This document shows, in pieces, positions 8,383-16,980 of a DNA stretch of 64,000 nt. Both the position numbers and the translations under genes were made by a program. The notes beneath the pieces are model-generated. The model was not told where the DNA came from and searched no databases. It saw only the letters and a program-made list of their open reading frames with translations. Source of the DNA: an uncultured Spirochaetaceae bacterium (GTDB lineage Bacteria; Spirochaetota; Spirochaetia; Treponematales; Treponemataceae); contig CACXCG010000039.1 in the NCBI GenBank assembly GCA_902766125.1, positions 5,674-69,673 of the forward strand, given 5' to 3'. Position 1 is the first letter of the stretch; each line of letters starts with the position of its first letter.

Positions 8383-9585
8383 ATGGATGCAATCAGAACT
8401 TATCTTGAGTCAATGTTTGCTCAGCTGCCCAACACGGATGCCGTAAAAAAAGCAAAGGCTGAACTTTCTCAAATGATGGAAGACAAATATCTTGAACTGT
8501 GCAAGGAAGGCAAGTCTCAGAATGAAGCAGTGGGAACCGTTATTGCAGAATTCGGTAACCTTGATGAGATTGCAGACAGTCTGGGAATCGGACATGTGGT
8601 TCATGCAGAAAAGAAGCAGGAAGAGCGCAAAGTGTTAACACTGCAGCAGGTAAAAGATTTTCTTTCTGATGCAGGAAGAGCAGCTCACTGTACCGCACTG
8701 GGAGTTCTTCTGTGCATAACAAGTGTGGCTCCCCTGATTATTTTTACTGCATTTGAAGAAGAAGGATATTTAGGCGAGGCTATTGCATGTGCTCTGGGAG
8801 TAGCACTTCTGTTTGTGTTTATTGCTGCAGGAGTGGGTCTGTTTATCTTCTCCGGTTCAGTCAAAAGTCCCTGGAAGTTCCTGGACAGTGAATTGTGCAG
8901 TATAGATGTTTCCAGTGCAGAATACGTAAGCACTCAGAAAAATGCCTACCGCAGTACTTACAACATCGCTCTTACCGTTGGTGTTGTGCTATGCATTCTG
9001 TGCATTGTTCCTGTTTCTGTTGTCGGTGCACTTGAATTAGAAAGCGATTTACTGGTTACCATTATGGCATCGCTCATCTTTGTTATCTGCGGATTAGGTG
9101 TGTTCCTGCTTGTTTCAACATCAGGAAAAAATGCGTCATTCCAGAAGCTGCTTTCCCTCAACGATGTTACAACCGTAAGCGGTTCGTATGGAAAAGAAGC
9201 AAAGTACAGCAATAAGACAGTTGCGGCAATCATGAGCGTCTTCTGGCCGACAGTAACCGTTGTATACTTTATTGTTTCGTTTGCAACCCATTACTGGCAG
9301 TACACCTGGCTTATCTTTGTGGTAGGCGGAATTGTTTCGCTGTTGATTAAGAATCTGTGTACTCTCGAAGAAGGACAGGCTTCGTATTCAGCAAGTGGTA
9401 AAGAACCGGTACACTACACAAACAAAACAGTTGAAGAAATCATGGGTGTGTTCTGGCCGACGGTAACCTGTGTGTATCTTATCTGGAGCTTCCTTACGTT
9501 CCAGTGGCACATTACCTGGATTATCTGGCCGGTTGCAGCAATAGCTTCTATGCTCATGCGCAATATTTACGGAAAAGACAACTAA
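8383..9585 (+). CDS. Membrane protein with a PadR-associated DUF1700-type N-terminal domain and a duplicated C-terminal TM-hairpin module
   Basis: MDAIRTYLESMFAQLPNTDAVKKAKAELSQMMEDKYLEL...EAVGTVIAEFGNLDEIA is the typical DUF1700 N-terminus. It is followed by multiple TMs and an internal repeat at about 9205-9357 and 9415-9567. Confidence 0.75.
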   Translation: MDAIRTYLESMFAQLPNTDAVKKAKAELSQMMEDKYLELCKEGKSQNEAVGTVIAEFGNLDEIADSLGIGHVVHAEKKQEERKVLTLQQVKDFLSDAGRAAHCTALGVLLCITSVAPLIIFTAFEEEGYLGEAIACALGVALLFVFIAAGVGLFIFSGSVKSPWKFLDSELCSIDVSSAEYVSTQKNAYRSTYNIALTVGVVLCILCIVPVSVVGALELESDLLVTIMASLIFVICGLGVFLLVSTSGKNASFQKLLSLNDVTTVSGSYGKEAKYSNKTVAAIMSVFWPTVTVVYFIVSFATHYWQYTWLIFVVGGIVSLLIKNLCTLEEGQASYSASGKEPVHYTNKTVEEIMGVFWPTVTCVYLIWSFLTFQWHITWIIWPVAAIASMLMRNIYGKDN

Positions 9586-9607
9586 TTTTATTCTTAAGGA
9601 GAAAGAC

Positions 9608-10378
9608 ATGAAAAAGGTATTTTTGGGAATTTTAGGTGGAGTCACCATTTTATGTGTTGTGTTTGGTACGCTCTGGCATTTCGGTGCCTTTAGCGGCGGT
9701 AAAGCAAAGTTCAGCATGAACTTTCCTTTTTTTGGAGATAAGGGAATTGCCGGTGATTTTTCCGACACTCAGCTTTTGCCGCAGACTATGACAGAACTGT
9801 GTATCGATACTTCTGTTGCAAATCTTACGGTTCAGGTCGGATCGGTTAACAGTGTAGAAATGAAGTGGACACACGATTATCTGGAACCCACAGTAACCGT
9901 AGAAGGTTCAGTGGTACACATTGAACAGCAGAGAAAGCGTATTAATGCAAGCGGCAATAGTAAGTGTAGCATTACCGTAACAGTACCACCGCAGCTGTCT
10001 GTGGTAAAAATTGAAACAGATGTAGGAAATGTCGAGAGTGAAAATGTCAGTGCATCCAATGCAAAATTTGAAAGCGATGTCGGTAACGTAAGAATCGAAG
10101 GCGGAACCTTTACATCACTTATTGCAAAATCAGATACCGGTAATATCCGTGTTGAAGGTGCATCCTTTGATACCTGTACTGCAGATTCTGATGTAGGTAA
10201 TGTCCGCATAGAACTTCCTTCTGATGTTAACGGACAGGACTATTCTGTTTCGCTTAAGACAGATGTTGGTAACGTGCACGCCTTCGGTCAGTCGTACAAG
10301 CAGACTTTCACACAGAGTGTTCCCGGCGGAAAATTCATCAATGCTCAGAGTGATGTCGGTAATGTTAATGTAGAGTAA
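9608..10378 (+). CDS. DUF4097-type beta-helical 'putative adhesin' domain protein with an N-terminal TM anchor
   Basis: At least 6 repeats of [ST]D[VT]GN[VI] spaced about 20 aa apart, plus an N-terminal hydrophobic helix. It is the third gene of the classic PadR/DUF1700/DUF4097 trio. Confidence 0.75.
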   Translation: MKKVFLGILGGVTILCVVFGTLWHFGAFSGGKAKFSMNFPFFGDKGIAGDFSDTQLLPQTMTELCIDTSVANLTVQVGSVNSVEMKWTHDYLEPTVTVEGSVVHIEQQRKRINASGNSKCSITVTVPPQLSVVKIETDVGNVESENVSASNAKFESDVGNVRIEGGTFTSLIAKSDTGNIRVEGASFDTCTADSDVGNVRIELPSDVNGQDYSVSLKTDVGNVHAFGQSYKQTFTQSVPGGKFINAQSDVGNVNVE

Positions 10379-10415
10379 TTGCAGTTATAAAATGGATTGC
10401 GGTATGTGTTCGGTC

Positions 10416-11378
10416 TTAGTCTTCGAAACTTCCGCTTTCCATTTCTTCGCTGATCAGTTTCCAGCTTTCAAAACGTACGGGGCTGATGTTTCCTTCTTCA
10501 ACAGCTTTTTGAATTGCACAGCCTCTTTCCCCTTTGTGCGAACAGCTCATTCCAAATTCACACTTACCCAAATACGGCTTAAAATCCCTGAAGTACAGCG
10601 CAAGATTTTGTGCAGAAATATCATGCAGTAAAAAGCGACGGACACCCGGAGTGTCTATTATGTCAGCAGTTGAACCCTGCACACCGCCGGTAAGCGATTC
10701 GTTCAGGTTTATGTGCATGAGTGAACCTTTTGTCGTTGTGTGCGTACCGCGGCCGTACTTTTGCGAAAGACTTCCTGTTTTAAGAACAACCGTATTGTCC
10801 AGCACGTTTACAATGCTGCTTTTTCCAACACCGCTCTGACCAACCAGTGCCGACAGTTTGTCTTCCAGAAGTTCAGCAAGTTCCATCATACCTTCGCCCG
10901 TCTTTGCAGAAATGCGCAGAACCCGGTAGCCTATGCGTTCCCATTCAGAAAGCCGTTCCTGAAATGCTTCATCCTGAGAAGCGGCAACATCATACTTATT
11001 GCAGACAATTACCGGAGTAATGTTCTGGTATTCTGCCTGTGCAAGTGCGCGGTCAATAAAGCGCGGTCTGAACGGAGGATTGTCCGGGGTAGTTACAATC
11101 AACAGATAGTCAAGGTTTGCGGCAAGCAGCTGCGGCTGTCTTTTTTTGATGTTCCATCTGACAAATTCGTTTTTGCGGGGCACAATGTCTACAATCTGTG
11201 CTTTTTCTTCCTCTATGCTGTCATCGTCAAGAACAACAATATCGCCCGGCGCAAGGGGATTGTAGTATCCTTCGCTTGCCTTGAGGATTTTTCCCTTTAT
11301 GGAACAGGAGCGTATTATATCATCATCACATTCGACTTCGAAAATGTTTTTGCTACCGTTAAGTATAAGACCTTGCAT
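10416..11378 (-). CDS. rsgA: Ribosome small-subunit-dependent GTPase A
   Basis: Circularly permuted GTPase: the NKYD G4 motif comes before the GQSGVGKSS G1 motif. The C-terminal zinc knuckle is CEFGMSCSHKGERGCAI. Confidence 0.9.
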   Translation of the reverse strand: MQGLILNGSKNIFEVECDDDIIRSCSIKGKILKASEGYYNPLAPGDIVVLDDDSIEEEKAQIVDIVPRKNEFVRWNIKKRQPQLLAANLDYLLIVTTPDNPPFRPRFIDRALAQAEYQNITPVIVCNKYDVAASQDEAFQERLSEWERIGYRVLRISAKTGEGMMELAELLEDKLSALVGQSGVGKSSIVNVLDNTVVLKTGSLSQKYGRGTHTTTKGSLMHINLNESLTGGVQGSTADIIDTPGVRRFLLHDISAQNLALYFRDFKPYLGKCEFGMSCSHKGERGCAIQKAVEEGNISPVRFESWKLISEEMESGSFED

Positions 11379-11432
11379 ATATAGAAAAGTCTGAATGATA
11401 TTGCGCGTGTTGTCAATACCTTGGTAGCCTAC

Positions 11433-11461
11433 TTGACCAAGCGTGGAAAAAACGATATAGT
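11433..11461 (+). promoter_or_regulatory. Promoter: TTGACC, N17, TATAGT upstream of tRNA-Leu
   Basis: Hexamers at 11433-11438 and 11456-11461. The tRNA 5' end lies 14 nt downstream. Confidence 0.55.
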
Positions 11462-11474
11462 TGCACCATATTCT

Positions 11475-11556
11475 GCGGGGATGGTGGAATTGGTAGACAC
11501 GCCAGCTTGAGGTGCTGGTGGCGAAAGCTGTGCCTGTTCAAGTCAGGTTCTCCGCA
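11475..11556 (+). tRNA. tRNA-Leu (anticodon GAG), type II with a long variable arm. No CCA is encoded.
   Basis: Hand-folded. Acceptor stem is GCGGGGA / TCTCCGC. Anticodon arm is CCAGC-TTGAGGT-GCTGG, with anticodon GAG at 11509-11511 and G37. T arm is GCCTG-TTCAAGT-CAGGT. Length is 82 nt. Confidence 0.9.
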
Positions 11557-11562
11557 CTTTTA

Positions 11563-11589
11563 AGACTGTCATTTGGCAGTCTTTTTTTT
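11563..11589 (+). terminator. Rho-independent terminator after tRNA-Leu
   Basis: The stem is AGACTG / CAGTCT, followed by a T8 run. Confidence 0.7.
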
Positions 11590-11602
11590 ATGCTTTTTCA
11601 GT

Positions 11603-11676
11603 TACGGAATGGAATTGGTATCCGCGCTCAGCTTTTGGTACGAGGTGCTGGTGCTATTCAAGTCAGGTTCTCCGCA
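11603..11676 (+). pseudogene. Decayed tandem duplicate of tRNA-Leu (pseudo-tRNA)
   Basis: It shares GAGGTGCTGGTG and TTCAAGTCAGGTTCTCCGCACTT with the upstream tRNA. The variable arm is deleted, the T stem is broken (TGCTA vs CAGGT), and the 5' acceptor strand is ACGGAAT rather than GCGGGGA. Confidence 0.65.
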
Positions 11677-11681
11677 CTTAC

Positions 11682-11708
11682 GGACTGCTATATTGCAGTC
11701 CTTTTTTT
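11682..11708 (+). terminator. Rho-independent terminator after the pseudo-tRNA
   Basis: The stem is GGACTGC / GCAGTCC, followed by a T7 run. It is a diverged copy of the 11563 terminator. Confidence 0.65.
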
Positions 11709-11785
11709 ATGCAATTTTTTGTTTACTTATTTTTCCCGCTAACACAACGCTGTCTTTCTGCCGATACTGACAGAAGGACTATACC

Positions 11786-12838
11786 ATGAAAAAACACACT
11801 GCTGTATGGGTGCTTCTTGCTGTAAGCGCATTTTTTACGACTGCCTCCTGTTTTGCCGCAACCAAATCTGCTGCTGCCATTAAAAAAGAAGCGCTGCAAA
11901 AAGATACCGTTCAATCTGCTATTCTCTATATAAAAAGCATGACCGACAGTACTGCAAGCCAGGCCGACAAACGCTCGCTTTTGTATTTTTTAGGTAAGCT
12001 TGAAGAATCCATGGGGCTGTATTCTGATGCAAGCCGTTCGTATGCAAGTGCCTGTGCAATTGCCGCAGGAGATGCAGAAGGAATGCCAAAGGTAAGTTCA
12101 GAACAGCTGGTGCTGTGTGCAGTCCGTACCAGTCTCTGTGCCGGAGAATTTGACAATGCAGATTCTTACCTTAACTCTGCAGTCCGTTCTTCAAAAGATG
12201 CTGCCGTTCTTGCCTACGTCAATCTGTATGCTGCATGGAGTCAGCTGTGCAGAGCTCAGGATGCATCGCAGACCGCCGATACGCTTGCGCTGCTTCGTGC
12301 GTATGTGGGAATGGATTCAATGAAAGCAGTTCGTCCGTGCGTGCTGTTTACTCTGTGGTATCTTACTGATGATGTTTCCTATTCCGACCTGCTCAAAAAA
12401 GAGTACCCGTCAAGTCCTGAATATGCCATCGTGTGCGGAAAAGCAAATGTCGTAAGCGTTCCGTTCTGGTATTTTGTTCCGCGTGCAGAACATAACCTTG
12501 CAGACGAAAGTACAAGTGCAAATAAAAACGTAAGCGTTACTGCAGAAAAAATTCCGGAAAGTGCTGCATCAAGTGCAAAGACAAGTTCATCCTCAGATGC
12601 TGCAAAAAAATCCGCAGAAAGCAAAAAACGCAGACAGGTTGGATTCTTTGCAAGTAAGGCAAATGCTGATTCCCTTATTGAACGGCTTAAGGCAAAAGGT
12701 TTTGAAGGCTACAGTTACACCGAAACGCGTGCCTCGGGAACTACCTACTACATTGTTGTTGTTGATGAAAATGCAGACGGAACTATGGGACTTAAACTTA
12801 AAGATGCCGGCTTTGAATCGTATCTGATTACCGAATAG
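11786..12838 (+). CDS. SPOR-domain (septal peptidoglycan-binding) protein, with a signal peptide or probable lipoprotein signal
   Basis: The N-terminus is MKKHTAVWVLLAVSAFFTTASC. The C-terminus RRQVGFFASKANADSLIERLKAKGFEGYSYTE...YYIVVV...GFESYLI is a SPOR fold signature. Confidence 0.8.
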   Translation: MKKHTAVWVLLAVSAFFTTASCFAATKSAAAIKKEALQKDTVQSAILYIKSMTDSTASQADKRSLLYFLGKLEESMGLYSDASRSYASACAIAAGDAEGMPKVSSEQLVLCAVRTSLCAGEFDNADSYLNSAVRSSKDAAVLAYVNLYAAWSQLCRAQDASQTADTLALLRAYVGMDSMKAVRPCVLFTLWYLTDDVSYSDLLKKEYPSSPEYAIVCGKANVVSVPFWYFVPRAEHNLADESTSANKNVSVTAEKIPESAASSAKTSSSSDAAKKSAESKKRRQVGFFASKANADSLIERLKAKGFEGYSYTETRASGTTYYIVVVDENADGTMGLKLKDAGFESYLITE

Positions 12839-12850
12839 AACTGCACTTTT

Positions 12851-13756
12851 TTAGTACAGTTTTTCTCCTAACAGACGGGATACAAGGCTTACTGCAAGAA
12901 TGGCAGTCTGATTCCGTACATCAAGAATCGGATTTACTTCTACGATTTCTGCAGAACAGACTTTTCCTGTCGTTGCAATTTCTTCCATAAGCAGCAGTGC
13001 TTCACGGTTTGTCATACCGCCGGGAAGGGGAATGCCTGTTCCCGGAGCAAACATGGGATCCAGTACATCCATGTCAAAACTGACGTGTATCATGTCTAAC
13101 TTTTTGAAGAACGCCATAACCTGACGGACAACACCAGCAAAGCTGATGCAGTCAATGTCGCTCATGGTAAAGACAGTAACACCTGCTTCACGCATCAGTT
13201 TTTTTTCGCCGGGATCAAGATCACGGGTTCCCACAAAGCAGATGTTCTTCGGATCTACTTTCTGTCCTTCAAAGTACAGATTTGTAAGTTCCGGTAAACC
13301 GTATCCCGCAGAAGCAGCAAGACATTCGCCGTGAATGTTACCGCTCGGACTTGTTTCCGGAGTGTTAAAATCACCATGTGCATCAACGTACAGAACGCCC
13401 AGACTTTTACCCTGCTTTTTTGCAACTGCACTCACTCCTGCAATTGAACCAAGCGCAATAGAGTGGTCGCCTCCCAGTACTAACGGAAAGTCACCGGATG
13501 CGGTTATCGTTTCAACTTCAGATGCAAGTTTTGTACAGGCATTGGTAATGGGCTTAAGGTATTTTGCTTTAGGGTTACCCGGCTCTTCGTATTCCTGAGA
13601 AGTAGCGCGGAAAATATCAGTGTGTTCGAAAGTTTTGTGTCCCAGTGATTCAAGCTTTTCTTTTATTCCTGCCAGACGAATTGCAGAAGGTCCCATGTCT
13701 GAACCGTGTCTGCTTGCACCAAAATCAAGCGGCATTTCTAAAATGTGTACGTTCAT
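12851..13756 (-). CDS. rocF: Arginase (ureohydrolase family)
   Basis: [41 protein letters not shown] and GGMTNREA are the Mn-binding motifs. I prefer the start at MNVHIL (13756). The ORF-track start at 13792 is a TTG. Confidence 0.8.
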   Translation of the reverse strand: MNVHILEMPLDFGASRHGSDMGPSAIRLAGIKEKLESLGHKTFEHTDIFRATSQEYEEPGNPKAKYLKPITNACTKLASEVETITASGDFPLVLGGDHSIALGSIAGVSAVAKKQGKSLGVLYVDAHGDFNTPETSPSGNIHGECLAASAGYGLPELTNLYFEGQKVDPKNICFVGTRDLDPGEKKLMREAGVTVFTMSDIDCISFAGVVRQVMAFFKKLDMIHVSFDMDVLDPMFAPGTGIPLPGGMTNREALLLMEEIATTGKVCSAEIVEVNPILDVRNQTAILAVSLVSRLLGEKLY

Positions 13757-13804
13757 GATGTGGATTTTATGGCAAATGGGGGTACTCGTCAAGAGTTTTT
13801 AGTC

Positions 13805-14497
13805 TTACTGTTTCCAGGGGCGTTTGTGTTCCGTCCATCCTTTTTCGTGCCAGTAGGTAACATCAGCCTGATTCCATCCGTTGCGTTCAAGTAAGTGCAT
13901 CAAAAAGAAAAATGCTTTTGTTTTAAATCCCGGTTTAACCTTTCCCGCCTTGCGCTGGATTTTCTTTGCGATTGCAGTTGACTTTTTTTCTATGACTGCT
14001 TTTTTCTTATCGCTTACCTTATCCCAGTTTGTTGCAGCAATTGCAGGTCCCAGCTGATATTGTTTTGCTACACCCCAGAAGAAAAGACTGTCGGACATAT
14101 CTTTGATTGTGCTTTTCATGCCTGCACCTGCAGCAGTCGTTACGCACACCGCCTGTTTTTTGAACATGCACGCTTTGGGCCGGTGAGCCATCCACTGATA
14201 TCCGTAATGATCAAGAAATGCTTTCATTGCACCGCTTGCATGGTAGACATAGACCGGACTTGCAAGAATGATAACATCTGCTTCATCCATTGCCTGTGTA
14301 AGCGGTTCAAGTTTATTAAAGTGAGGACATGAATCCTCTGATTTCATAAAACAGTTTGTGCACCCCAGACAGAATTCTCCAAAATCCTTTGGCAAAAAGA
14401 ACTCTGTAATTTCTCCGCCGATTTTTTCTGCAATGATACGGGCAATATGTTCCGTAGAACCCTTGTGATTTGTTCCATTGATGACGACTGTTTTCAT
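13805..14497 (-). CDS. Flavodoxin-fold NAD(P)H-dependent oxidoreductase, iron-sulfur-flavoprotein-like
   Basis: MKTVVINGTNHKGST...ILASPVYVYHASGAMKAF is the flavodoxin-like fold. C-x2-C-x2-C-x7-C (CLGCTNCFMKSEDSC) is a compact cysteine cluster as seen in Isf proteins. Confidence 0.7.
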   Translation of the reverse strand: MKTVVINGTNHKGSTEHIARIIAEKIGGEITEFFLPKDFGEFCLGCTNCFMKSEDSCPHFNKLEPLTQAMDEADVIILASPVYVYHASGAMKAFLDHYGYQWMAHRPKACMFKKQAVCVTTAAGAGMKSTIKDMSDSLFFWGVAKQYQLGPAIAATNWDKVSDKKKAVIEKKSTAIAKKIQRKAGKVKPGFKTKAFFFLMHLLERNGWNQADVTYWHEKGWTEHKRPWKQ

Positions 14498-14545
14498 GTG
14501 CTGATAGTAGCATTTTTTATTGTTTTATTCTATAATCACCCCATT

Positions 14546-16153
14546 ATGAGTACTACACGCGACGAAAAAGAATTATGTCATTGGGCTGATCAGCAGGCGG
14601 CTCGTATTATTAAGGAAAAAGGTGAACGCGAAAGCTATACCTGTGCATCTGGAATTACACCCAGCGGAACTGTTCATATCGGTAACTTCCGTGAAATCAT
14701 CACCGTAGATCTGGTGGTACGTGCTTTGCGTGACCGCGGCAAGAATGTTCGTTTTATTTATTCATGGGATGATTACGATGTATTCCGCAAAGTTCCCGGC
14801 AATATGCCCAAACCCGAAGAGCTTGAAAAATATCTCCGCTATCCTATTACTATGGTTCCCGATACCTTTGGCCGTGACGAAACTTATGCACGCCATCACG
14901 AAGTTGACATTGAATCTCAGCTTCCCCGTGTTGGAATCCATCCTGAATTTCTGTATCAGGCAAGCCGCTATCGTGCAAACCGCTATGCAGAAGGAATGAA
15001 AAAAGCCCTGCAGAACCGCGACCTTATCAAGTGGTGCCTTAACTGCTACCGCGACGATGAACACAAGATGAAGGACAGTGATGTGTACTGGCCTGTTGCA
15101 GCTTTCTGTTCAAAGTGTAACAAAGATACAACTGAAATTACCGGTTACGACGGTGAGTATGGTGTAAGCTATAAATGTACCAGCTGTGGAAATGAAGAAA
15201 CCGGTGACCTTAGAACTTCTCCGGTATTTAAGCTTGGCTGGCGTGTTGACTGGCCCATGCGCTGGAACGAAGAAAAAGTTGTGTTTGAACCGGGCGGAAA
15301 AGATCACATCTCTCCGGGTGGAAGCTATGATACTGCAAAACTGGTTAGTAAAAAAGTATACGAATGGGATGCTCCGGTAACCATGAAGTATGACTTTGTT
15401 ACGCTTAAGGGTGTTCCGGGAAAAATGTCTTCTTCAAAAGGAAAAGTAATTTCTCTTGTTGATGCACTTGAAGTCTATCAGCCTGAAGTACTGCGCTATA
15501 TTTTTGCAGTTAACAAAGTTGATCATGAATTTGCAATCAGTTTTGACCTTGATGTTATTACACAGTACGAAGCATACGACCGCACCGAACGTATTGCATG
15601 GGGACTTGATAAAGCAAAGAGCGATGACATACTCAGAAAAGAAAAGCGTGTGTACGAACTTGCTCAGGTAGAACCAGGATTCCCCGCTGTCATGCCGTAT
15701 CAGATTGCATTCCGTCTGCTTACCACATTGTTACAGACTTACTCTGGTGATATTGATAAAGTTATTGCTTCTCTGGGAGATGTAAAACCTGAACAGGAAG
15801 AACGCCTGCGTAACCGCTGTAAGTGTGCCTGGTACTGGGTTACTGAATGTGCTCCTGAAGAATTTAAATTTGCACTGCGCACTGACGGTTCTAAAGCAGA
15901 CATCTCTGCTGATGCAACAAAAGCAATCTGCCGCATTCGTGATGAAGTGGTTCCCGTTATGGAATCATTTGCAACCGACAAAGATTTGCAGCAGAAAATG
16001 TATGATATCGCAACTGAACTGGGCATGGAATCAAAAGCTCTGTTTACTGCGCTGTATCATGCGCTTATCAATAAAGATCAGGGTCCCCGTCTTGCAAGCT
16101 TTATGCGCATCATCGGCAAAGAGCAGCTTACGAAGATTCTTTCTGTCTACTGA
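14546..16153 (+). CDS. lysS: Lysine--tRNA ligase, class I
   Basis: The HIGNFRE (HIGH) and KMSSSKG (KMSKS) motifs, the length and the overall pattern match class I LysRS. The start is at MSTTRDE (14546). The ORF-track N-terminal extension overlaps the divergent gene. Confidence 0.9.
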   Translation: MSTTRDEKELCHWADQQAARIIKEKGERESYTCASGITPSGTVHIGNFREIITVDLVVRALRDRGKNVRFIYSWDDYDVFRKVPGNMPKPEELEKYLRYPITMVPDTFGRDETYARHHEVDIESQLPRVGIHPEFLYQASRYRANRYAEGMKKALQNRDLIKWCLNCYRDDEHKMKDSDVYWPVAAFCSKCNKDTTEITGYDGEYGVSYKCTSCGNEETGDLRTSPVFKLGWRVDWPMRWNEEKVVFEPGGKDHISPGGSYDTAKLVSKKVYEWDAPVTMKYDFVTLKGVPGKMSSSKGKVISLVDALEVYQPEVLRYIFAVNKVDHEFAISFDLDVITQYEAYDRTERIAWGLDKAKSDDILRKEKRVYELAQVEPGFPAVMPYQIAFRLLTTLLQTYSGDIDKVIASLGDVKPEQEERLRNRCKCAWYWVTECAPEEFKFALRTDGSKADISADATKAICRIRDEVVPVMESFATDKDLQQKMYDIATELGMESKALFTALYHALINKDQGPRLASFMRIIGKEQLTKILSVY

Positions 16154-16980
16154 TTTTTATTCTGTGGCGTAACGGCAATAAGCAGAAGCGCAAGTAAGTA
16201 CGGCAGGGCAAACAGCAGAGAAGACGAAACGGTCTGTAACTGAGGAATGTTCTGTGCGTATGAACTTGCGTGTTCTGCAAGTGCAAAAACTAACACGGCT
16301 AAGACAACCAGAGCCGGATGTTTCCTTCCTAAAAATACAGCTGCCAGAGCAGTCCATCCTCTTCCGCCTGCCATTCCGGGAACAAATGAATTTAATCGTA
16401 CCACATACACACAGCCTGCAACACTTCCGCACAATGCAGCACAAATCCACGACAAAGAACGGTACCAGTCAGCGCTTATTCCCTGTGCAATCAGAACTTC
16501 GGGACTGGAGCCTGTTATACGCATGCGTAATCCCTGTCGGGTAAGAGACAAAAACAAAAGCAGCCCTGCAGAAAAAAGTGCACAGATAAGCGAAGTGACT
16601 GTCCGTGTAACAGGTGCGTTAAACGCAAACGCTGAACTGTACAGCACGCCGCGTGTTCCAAATAAGATTGAAGAAAGCAAACTGACAAGCGCAGAAAAAA
16701 GAAGATTGATTGCAAGTGAAACTAAAAACATATTTGCATTATTTTTTGATGCAATGCGTTCAAGGCAGAAGGTGAGCGTTACGGTTATGAGGCAGGAAAG
16801 AAAACTGCTCAGTACGACAGAACCTGTGGTAACGGTAAGTGCATAGCACAGAAATGCGGCAAGGTTAATTGTTCCGTCAAGAAAAAGAGCCATTCGTCCT
16901 GCGTATTCACTGATCAGTGCACCTGCGGTAAGCAGAAGAAGCGGACATGCAATTGCAATAATGCTGAGTATGCTGTTCAT
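16147..16980 (-). CDS. ABC transporter permease (BMP/nucleoside uptake type)
   Basis: Polytopic membrane protein, the last gene of the BMP ABC operon. It overlaps the upstream permease by 4 nt. Confidence 0.8.
   Translation of the reverse strand: MNSILSIIAIACPLLLLTAGALISEYAGRMALFLDGTINLAAFLCYALTVTTGSVVLSSFLSCLITVTLTFCLERIASKNNANMFLVSLAINLLFSALVSLLSSILFGTRGVLYSSAFAFNAPVTRTVTSLICALFSAGLLLFLSLTRQGLRMRITGSSPEVLIAQGISADWYRSLSWICAALCGSVAGCVYVVRLNSFVPGMAGGRGWTALAAVFLGRKHPALVVLAVLVFALAEHASSYAQNIPQLQTVSSSLLFALPYLLALLLIAVTPQNKNQ

Noticed and set aside
10740-11384. 214-aa plus-strand ORF
   Set aside because: It is entirely antisense to rsgA, which has unmistakable GTPase and zinc motifs. The ORF has no motifs and no SD. 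The same reasoning applies to other long antisense ORFs: 4211-4774, 16247-16846, 19596-19946, 21212-21715, 26499-27026, 35045-35440, 38950-39633, 41438-42046, 49240-49839 and 50059-50475.
11603-11676. A second functional tRNA gene
   Set aside because: The acceptor stem cannot pair (ACGGAAT vs TCTCCGC), the T stem is broken and the variable arm is deleted. I report it as a pseudo-tRNA instead.
11379-11785. An integrated mobile element at the tRNA-Leu locus
   Set aside because: The duplicated tRNA 3' region suggested att sites. However, the copies are only about 50 nt apart, and no integrase, excisionase or cargo lies between or beside them.
14447-14545. ORF-track N-terminal extensions taken as real starts (lysS at 14447; likewise 21820, 23249, 53212, 38697, 34966 and 20425)
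   Set aside because: The extensions overlap neighbouring genes or regulatory palindromes and lack SD or promoter support. They also precede internal Met residues where the conserved N-terminal sequence of the family begins.
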